Source of the DNA: Leptogorgia sarmentosa
Taxonomy: Eukaryota
Direction of reading: 5' to 3'
Assembly: GCA_964658305.1 (NCBI GenBank)
Contig: OZ210884.1
Coordinates: 7,688,001 to 7,752,000, forward strand
DNA length: 64,000 bases
Position numbers and translations under genes: made by a program. Shown here in pieces: positions 55,801-64,000 of this stretch (position 1 is the stretch's first letter; each line of letters starts with the position of its first letter). A model generated the notes under the pieces. The model was not told where the DNA came from, searched no databases, and was given only the letters and a program-made list of their open reading frames with translations.

Positions 55801-56679
55801 CAGACGAACACATTCGTGAAAATCAGTGTTCGTTTTGCCGCTGATATTAACACACAGATGACGTCAGCAGAGCGTACTCTGGCGTTTACTCAAATTCCAC
55901 CTGAACGTGGGCAAAGTCTACCCAAGTCTCCCCCTATGGAATGGCCAAACGCTGGTGCACTTGAGTTTCAAGGTGTGTCATTGTGGCATTACAAAGGTGG
56001 CCCTAAAGTCTTGAAGAATATTTCATTCAAAGTGAAAGCAAAAGAAAAAATTGGAATCGCGGGACGGACCGGAGCTGGCAAGTCATCATTGGTAGCTGCG
56101 TTGATGAGACTTGCCTTCACTGAGGGAGATATATTTGTGGATGGTTTGAACATAAGAGAGATCAATGTGGTATCTTCGCGTCAAGTAATTTCCGTTATTT
56201 CTCAGGCTCCAATCTTGATTAACGGTACTATCAGGGTTAATCTTGATCCCGTGGGAGAACACAGCGACAGCGAAATATGGCAAGCTCTTGCTCAGACTAA
56301 AATGACATCTGCTATTTCAAATCTTCCTAGAAAACTCCAGAATGAAGTTACTTCAAGTGATTCAAATTTCAGCCTAGGCGAACGACAACTATTGCACTTA
56401 ACACGAGTTCTGCTGAAGAAGAACAAGATTATCATTTTTGACGAAGCAACGGGCAAGGTGGATAGGAAGACAGATGAAGACATACAAAATGTTGTTCGAG
56501 AAGTTTTCAAAGATTGCACGGTCATAACTATTGCACATCGTTTGAGCACAATCTTAGACAGTGACAGAATAATGATCTTGGATCAAGGAAAAATTGTTGA
56601 CTGTGGAACACCCCAATCACTGTTAAATAAGGAAGGTAGTTTACTGAAACAACTGCTGGAACTATCTTCAGAAAACTAG
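49849..56679 (+). CDS. ABCC4: ABC transporter C family, MRP4/ABCC4-like (short MRP, no TMD0), copy 1, 9 exons, ~1277 aa
   Basis: Exons 49849-50065, 50273-50598, 50771-51144, 51565-52476, 52649-53022, 53364-53539, 54139-54536, 55107-55252 and 55769-56679 (3834 nt in frame). Motifs: lasso ANFVSRLFLWWIFPLLWKGWRRPLQQDDLY; NBD1 GAVGSGKSS, VSGGQRTRIALARAVY, YLLDDPLS; NPVGRILNR; NBD2 GRTGAGKSS, FSLGERQL, IFDEAT, TIAHRL. The symbol denotes the closest subfamily, not proven orthology. Confidence 0.9.
53929..54099. mobile_element. PIF/Harbinger-type MITE (171 bp)
   Basis: TIR AGGTACGTTTACACGCT ... AGCGTGTAAACGTACCT with a 3-bp TAA duplication on both sides. Confidence 0.85.
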
Positions 56680-57669
56680 TTAACGAGACAAAGTTTTGGA
56701 AGCACGCAGTGAGAAATACGCCAATCCTTTAACGAAATTTCGAAAGTGCAATCGTGCATGTGCAGGCATTCTTTAATTATTTGAATCTATAGGATCTTTT
56801 AAATCAGAAAAAAAATTTATATCAGAACAACATATTATAATCAGAACAACATATTATATATTTTGTTGTCGGAATAAAGAGTGGACAAATCCGGAATTAC
56901 TGACTTTTTAAATGTTTACATTTCTTATTTGTTATCTGTTGTACGTCCATTATATAACATTGTAGTTCAATAATTGATTCAAGTGAAGCGTGAGCAAATA
57001 AAAAAAATATAAGTGTTCATATTCATTCCGCAATTTGGTCATGGATCTCAACGACCATGGATCGCATGGATCTCCGGTGTTTGCATTGGTCTTCTTTAAG
57101 ACAAATTACAGGTTTACTCATACAAGTGCCTTTATGCCTTTATTCTGGTTCCTCTCATGTTCCCACGCCTTTCAAGTTTAAAATGTTCGGTTTCGGCGAC
57201 ATTGGATATTGCCTGATTGCACGTAAATGGTTTTGGTGTTGAATTAATGGTGGCTCGCAAATGCCATAAACAATTATTGCAATCGACCTTCTTGCGTGAT
57301 CTGGTCGAATATCACATAAAACTGCTGTAATATTCTGAGCGATTCTGCAATGTCTGAGCGTTATTTTTGGTCATTTTCGCCAACATTTGGGAATAAAAAG
57401 TGGAATAATATATTGTTTAAGTGTTGCTCTTAAAATGTCGACGATCGAAGCGGTTATCATTGAGCTGTCAAAATTAAATAACGATTATACAGAGCGCATG
57501 GCAATTGTGGTTTGTTTCTTCATAAGACAATGAACTATTTCATTTTTCTTATTATTTTTGGGTGCTCGTTATGTCAGTGGTCAAATGGAATGAGCATTTC
57601 AAAGAGTAAAGGTTTGATTTACTAGTTAATTTAAGTATAACGTTATTATTATAGCTAATGTACCTGTAT

Positions 57670-58585
57670 AATTGCTGCCGAGCGTAGCGAGGCAGCACAC
57701 TATTCTTGACACGCGGTGGTTTCCCCAGAGTCTACTCGACCCAGTCTTTCGCGCGAGTTATGTATTGCCGAGATCGAGATCTTGTGTCTGTCTGTCTGTC
57801 CATAAAGATGTTTGTCGTATCCGGGGGCATAATTAAGCTTCAGGGACGTTTGTTAAAAGAGGGGAGCGGTCAGAATAATTAAGCTTGAAGTACGTAAACA
57901 AGATATTGCATTGCGCACGCGGCACGCATCTCCATGTGCTTCAAGAATCGAAAGATTTTTACAAAAGCGTTTCATACGGATGCAAGATTGTGCTAATGTT
58001 TTATGCGTTGTGGTTGGGTAACTTGGTATTTATGGCGATCACACATCAATGATGCAAGCAATGTTCAGAATGCTAGCCCTAATAGACTGTTAAGGTTAGT
58101 GTTTACTATGCTATTACTAATAGTATAGTAAACACTAACCCTAACAGTAAACCTTCACCCTAACTGGCGTGCTGTTGCTTTTCAAAGAACGGGACATAAA
58201 CACAATATGCGCACTGAATCGCATTTTTAATTATTATGTTGAGCTTGCGATTAAATAACGAGATATAAACGTGGTAAACTTAATCGGTAATAATTTTCAC
58301 TTCGTATGATCGTACACGAAGAACGAAGGCTGTCACACGCTGCTTTCTGAATAATCGGGCATATCAATTTCACACTTCGTGTCATCGTATTACGAAAAAA
58401 TGTATCTTGCCCAGGCTTTTTTAAAAACTCGGATACATTACATTGCGTGATCATTTTGACTTCGTATCATCGTATCATGATAACAAGTCACTGTTTCAAA
58501 AGTGGACAGGTATTCTATAACCCAGCCGGGATTTTAAAGTTTGAGCGCAACGGCAGCACATTTCCTTGCGATAGTAACTCCTAGT
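57670..58585 (+). mobile_element. Helentron-associated non-autonomous element (HINE/DINE-1-like)
   Basis: 5' TTGCTGCCG subterminal repeat within the palindrome TGCTGCCGAGCGTAGCGAGGCAGCA, a (GTCT)n GTCC microsatellite at ~57786-57801, and a 3' CGGCAGCA...CTCCTAGT end. The same 3' end recurs at 49522-49556. Confidence 0.7.
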
Positions 58586-60154
58586 ATATTAATTATATAT
58601 GCATGCTTATACATGCATGCTGTCAACCTGATCGGTGGCATTTGAAGTATACTTTTAATTTGATCGGGTCAATCCATTGAGTCAATCCGGTCAATCCCAA
58701 CTACAATAAGGTAAATAATATCGGATGACTATGATATGACTAAGGCATCTTTTAATATCCCTCTACCTGACAACTGACGCCAGAAAAGCCAAATGGAAAT
58801 ATTATGGAAATATTATGGAAATATTATATTTATACATGCGGCGTCTTTGTCATTAAATTTATCAGCACTGCATCACTGGTCGTGCAGAACCGTCGTCTAA
58901 CTTTGGTGGGAGGCCGAATTATTTTGATGTTCTGTTGTCTTCATCATAGTGGTAAGTGTTTTCCCGCCCTCGATTACCAACCTGTGAAGTGGCGTGATAG
59001 AAACACTATACAAAGTGTATCTGTGGACCAATATATGGTCATAAGAAAAATGTGAAGTTATTGTTATGTAGATAGGACATTATAGCATGCTACATCGGTA
59101 GTCTGTAGATAGCACTGCTAGCTGAAAATGACTTAAATGAAATAGAATTCGTCTAAGAGCCGAGAATAGTAATATGTGCATTCGCACAAATTAAGATAAC
59201 ATTGGGTTATTTGGGTCGAACTAAAGAATACCATTTAAGACCAGTTTACACTGAACAACTTCAACTGTCGTATGCAATTATCGCCCATGATTGTCGTAAA
59301 TAAGCTTTAAAGCATGCTTTCAAAAGGCTGCGCAAACTTTTTTCGTCTTGTATCAAACTGTCGTATAGCGAGTTGTAGGGTTAATTACAGTACATTGTAT
59401 AATTCGAGTTGCGACAGTTGAAAGCAAAAGTTGTACTGAAAGTATTAGGATTGTATTGTTCGGGTTTGGATACTAGATATACGCGTTGAGGGTTAATTAG
59501 CCAGTTAGGCACGTGCAGTTGTCCCCAAAATCTTAGACGTTAAAGTAATTTTAAAATCACAATCACTGTTTATCATTAATAACTTTATCATGTTGCTTAT
59601 AACTCATAGGCGTGATGATAATTTATTATACGTATACGCTTGGCAAACTTTTAGCAATTTCACTTCCGCTAGTGATGTTAGACTACGTTAACACAACGCC
59701 AGAGCGAAAAAACAATTTGATTGCGTTTACCCTGTTCGTTTGAATTCTGATTTGTTATTTCCACTCTACGTAAAACAAGAAATTGCTGACCTATAGCTGA
59801 AATAATGTTTTCCTACCATACATTATTAACATAAACTGTAGGGCTATCTTTAAAAGCAGGAACGGGGAATCTGGCCCAGAGTTACGTGAAGGGTTAGGAT
59901 TGTTTGTGTGTTAATGAATGCGTGGTTGTCATTGCAATGTCATTAGCTGTCTCACTTGAGATACAGAAAATATCTCAATTTCTAAGCGAAATACCCGGAA
60001 AAAGCACCCCATTACGTGATAGAAATACGGTCTTTTGATTGGACAATTTGAATTTGAGGTATAATACGGCCCTAGAAAATGTGGTCGAACCACCACGGCA
60101 AAAGTGACGTAAGAGCCGTTTGTGAGAAAAGCCAAATTATAACAACAAGTTAAC

Positions 60155-63100
60155 ATGGAGTCAGGAAAAACGTCATCACGTCACCCACAAGAGGAAGCGA
60201 ATTTTGTGTTTAGGCTGTTCTTGTGGTGGATCTTTCCACTGCTGTGGAAAGGATGGCGACGCCCACTACAACAAGACGACCTATACGAAGTGAGAGATAA
60301 AGATCAAAGCTGTAAACTGACTAAACGTTTAGAGGAGAAATGGGAGCAGGAAAAGGATGCTGCAAAGAGAGGTATGATCAGTCGCGTCGTGGGAGCTGTT
60401 CAACAGAGGGGAGGGGGGGGGGGGGGAGACGAACCAGATTTTTCCGAAAAAAATATTTTACATTTACCAGCACATGACAATGAGGCGAGGGTGTTACGGT
60501 ATTTTAATTTAGCTGGTGAAAATATATTCATTAGAACAAATTTTAACTGATAAATTTTACTGTTATATTTATAGAGAAACGAGCTTCGAAGTTATGGAAA
60601 GTGATGTTGCAGTATTTCGATACTCAAGACTACATGATGTACATAGTTATTTACCTCGCATTGGCCGTTGGACAAAATATTTCTTGGTATTCACTTATCA
60701 GTTTGCTAAAGTTAGTGAGCGAGTTTTGCTTTAGGGAGAGTGAAATCAACATCAACTTTTATGAAGATGCACTGATGTATGTTTATGGTGTGATGTTGGG
60801 ATTTTTGATGGAAGCATTTGCAACTGGTCGTATTCATCTTCTCGGTGCAATACAAGGGAACAAAGCCAAGTCAGGCGTGATGGGTTTATTGTATAAAAAG
60901 GTGAGTAAATGTTTCGGAAATTAGTCAGGTACAATCATTGTGGGTGGTTAATCAATATAACCTTTAATGCCAGCCAGCCAGTGCCGGATTATCTGGGGGG
61001 CAATGGGGGCAATGGGGGCATTTGCCCCCGGCCCCAGCTCAAAAGCTTATTTACCGGCCCAAGAAAAACAATGTTTAAAAAATTTCAGTTACTGTGGGGT
61101 CTCCAAATAACATAAATTTTCATTAAAATTGGCCAATTGAATGAATGCCAAGAAGTCCTAGAGTCCTAAATCACTCAAGAATTATCTGCGTCTATGGACA
61201 ACGATGAGATTGCAAACCTCGACCTACTTAGCATTGAACACGAAATACCAGACTCACTTAGTTAAATGCCACTTCAACATTAAAATGCTATTCCCTATGT
61301 TCATGCATATTATAGTTCTTGACGATATAATGGACAAGACTTTCAATTTGATTACATAATGTTTCATGTTTTTATAATCACCAAATTTCGGCCTTTTACT
61401 TTTTTTTGACCCCGGCCCAGTGATCAGATGGGTTAGTCCGGGGCTGCAGCCAGCTACCCTTTATTCTGTTTCTATACGGCCTGGCTTTGTTTATTATTGT
61501 CTATTGTATTTATAGATATATGCTGTATTATCTAGGTGCTCAGACTAAATAAAAGAGCCATTAACAGCGGTCATGTGATGGAATTACTTTGCAACGATTC
61601 CCAACGCCTTGTTACCAGTGGAGAATGGTTTATTCCTATCGCAATTCGTCATATTTTATCCATCATAAACATTATAGTTTGGCTACTATACTTCATTGGC
61701 TGGCAAAGCATACCTGGCGCCCTTTTTGTAGTATTGCCTGTTGTATTACAGATGCTTTGCAGTAGAGTTGACTATAGACTGCGCAGGAGAGCTTCTGAGC
61801 TTTCAGAGAAACGACTTGGTTATATCAGAGAATCCCTCACTGTGATACACTCTGTTAAAGTTAACTGCTGGGAAAAGATTTTTGAAGAGAAAATACAGAA
61901 AACACGATGGTAAGTGTTTATCAGTAAGCTCTTGAGTTGGGTTGGTGCTTATTCAAAAGTCCGGTTAATATTTATACCTGCCCTCCCCCCCCCCCTCTTT
62001 CCTGTAGTAATAAAGGGTTATTGACCGAGCGTGAGGTCTGTACTGTAAAATATCAGACCGAGGTTTTTTAGTATGGATCGAGCGACGAAGGAGCGAGGTC
62101 AATGCAAAAAACTGGGGTCTGATATTTCACAGTACAGACCGAACAAGCGAGGTCAATAAACTGTTTATTAAATGGCTTAATTGAGTATTTGAGCATATGC
62201 TTTTCGCGCGAATTAAATCGGCTATCATCCGTTTCACTGGGTAACAGCATACGAAAAACATACATGGTCAATCTAAACAATTTGGTTGTTTGAAATTATT
62301 ACCTTAAATTGGAAAATTAAAAAGCAAAAATCTTTTTTGTTTGCGAAGCGCAATTTCCCGGGACGCCGGTCCAGATACGAAACATACGGACCACGGTCCG
62401 GATATGGGTCCGGATATTTTTATGGACCGCTTGTCAACCAATCAGAATAGAGAATTTTGAAAAACCATGCAAGGAGTGGACTTTACAGCATACGTAATAA
62501 CTATTATGTTACAAAAGACGTTTTGATCTTCTTTCAGGGAAGAAGTAAAACTGAAATGTAAACGTTGGATTATTTCGTTGATGTGTTACGCATTCAGAGT
62601 TTGTGGTCAAAGTTTGGCTACCTTCATTGCTGTGTGCACATTAATTTACACAGCAAGAAATGAAATCGCTTACTTAAATTTCTTTTCCATGATATACCTC
62701 TTTGGAGTACTTAATAGATCTGTTGCTATTGCTCTTCCGACATGCATACGATTATTTACGGACGTTCGTGGTGCTCTTCAACGTATTGAAATGTTTCTTA
62801 AAGCAACCGATAATTCATCCGAGAAATCTCTTCTAAGTGCCAAAAACTGGATTAAAGAAAATGGTAATGTAAACTTAGTGGATTTAGCAAAACAATCCAA
62901 ACCCTATCATGTACCATTTGTTCATTTATGTGACGTAACTTGCGAAGCTCCTTCGACGTGTGGCTCTTTCCAGTTCTCTGAAATAAAAACCGAAGGTTTA
63001 ACATTGTTAAAAAACATTACTCTTGAAGTGTCCACTCCAGCGTTGGTTCTCATATGTGGTGCTGTAGGCAGTGGAAAGTCTTCGCTTTTAGAAGCCATTC

Positions 63101-64000
63101 TAGGAGAGTTACTGGTAACTAATGGCTCAGTTAACTACTTTGGTAAATTAGCCTATGTTTCAGACACGCCTTGGGTTTTTCCCGGAACTATTCGTGAGAA
63201 CATCGTGTTTGGTTTGCCATACAACGAGAGTAAATACAACAAGACACTCGAGGCTTGTCAGTTGGTAAAAGATTTTGATAATTTTCCAGAACATGATTTA
63301 ACACGTATTGGAGAAAATAGCGCGACTGTGAGTGGTGGTCAACGTACACGTATTGCTTTAGCACGCGCAGTTTATTCTGAAGCTGATATATATTTATTGG
63401 ATGATCCTCTGAGTTCACTGGACATCAATGTCGCTGAGAATGTATTCAGGTTAGTTTTTCATGTCAGTTTTATCGCGATTTGACGAGTGCCTGGTAATTA
63501 CATGCGCATTGTCACATTTCTGTTTTTAATTTTTGAAATCATTATTTTTTAACAGTAAGGTAGAATTCATAAGTTACAATACTTGTAACATTATATAAAT
63601 ATAAAAAATAAAATTGCTGCACAATAATTTTACAATATTTAATATAAATGTCATTTTATTGATGTAGAGATTGTATCCAAGGATTATTATCTGATCGAAT
63701 AGTACTCTTGACAACACATGCGACGAAACATTATCCAATGGCTGATCGTATTGTCCAATTGGGTGAGGGAGGAGTAATTGCGTTTCAAGGAAATTTTGAA
63801 ACATTCAAAACTTCCCTTTCACTTGATGAATCAGTTGAGGACGACGCCAATCAAAACGATGGCATGCAGCGAGAGGTATGGGCCGATAACAAAGAATCCG
63901 TGGAAGGCGTCAATCTTCAAAAAGAAGAAGAAACAAGAGAAAGTGGAACAGTCTCTTGGAAAGTTTACTTGAAGTATTTACTTCATGGAGCATCTCCATT
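60155..64000 (+). CDS. ABCC4: MRP4/ABCC4-like transporter, copy 2 (3' part beyond window)
   Basis: Exons 60155-60371, 60575-60900, 61536-61909, 62538-63449 and 63668->64000. Exons 1-4 have the same lengths as in copy 1, with highly similar sequence and an open frame to the window end. Confidence 0.88.
60979..61446. mobile_element. hAT-type MITE (468 bp) in intron 2 of ABCC copy 2
   Basis: Imperfect TIR CAGTGCCGGATTA / TAGTCCGGGGCTG and a perfect 8-bp TSD CAGCCAGC (60971-60978 and 61447-61454). Confidence 0.88.
62008..62170. repeat. Palindromic hairpin element in intron 3 of ABCC copy 2
   Basis: TAATAAAGGGTTATTGACC...AAATATCAGACC...GACGAAGG...GGTCTGATATTT...GGTCAATAAACTGTTTATTA; absent from copy 1. 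Confidence 0.75.

Noticed and set aside
63778..63972. Possible frameshift in ABCC copy 2 suggested by the off-frame ORF
   Set aside because: The true exon 5 frame from 63668 stays open to the window end; it is unlisted only because it has no stop inside the window.

Overview
AT-rich, intron-containing animal genomic DNA. The gene set and the many short hairpin repeats suggest an anthozoan cnidarian, possibly an octocoral; this is inference only. Reading GT-AG splice sites by hand gives eight protein-coding genes. (1) ERGIC2 (+, 15 exons). (2) A voltage-gated calcium channel beta-subunit-like gene (-): the GK domain is clear, but no SH3 exons were found. (3-5) Three tandem 5-exon paralogs (-, 778 aa each) encoding a bacterial-type DUF2961/GH172-like glycoside hydrolase fused to an N-terminal type II membrane anchor. 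(6) A divergent non-alpha nicotinic-type Cys-loop receptor subunit (+). (7-8) Two tandem ABCC4/MRP4-like transporters (+); the second runs off the window. Introns and spacers hold MITEs (Tc1/mariner-, hAT- and Harbinger-like), a Helentron-type HINE, a tRNA-derived SINE head and hairpin elements. The main candidate for a new system is the DUF2961/GH172-like array: probably bacterial in origin, now spliced, membrane-anchored and triplicated, with paralog differences concentrated in short patches near the predicted catalytic glutamates. All family assignments come from recognising motifs; no database searches were run.
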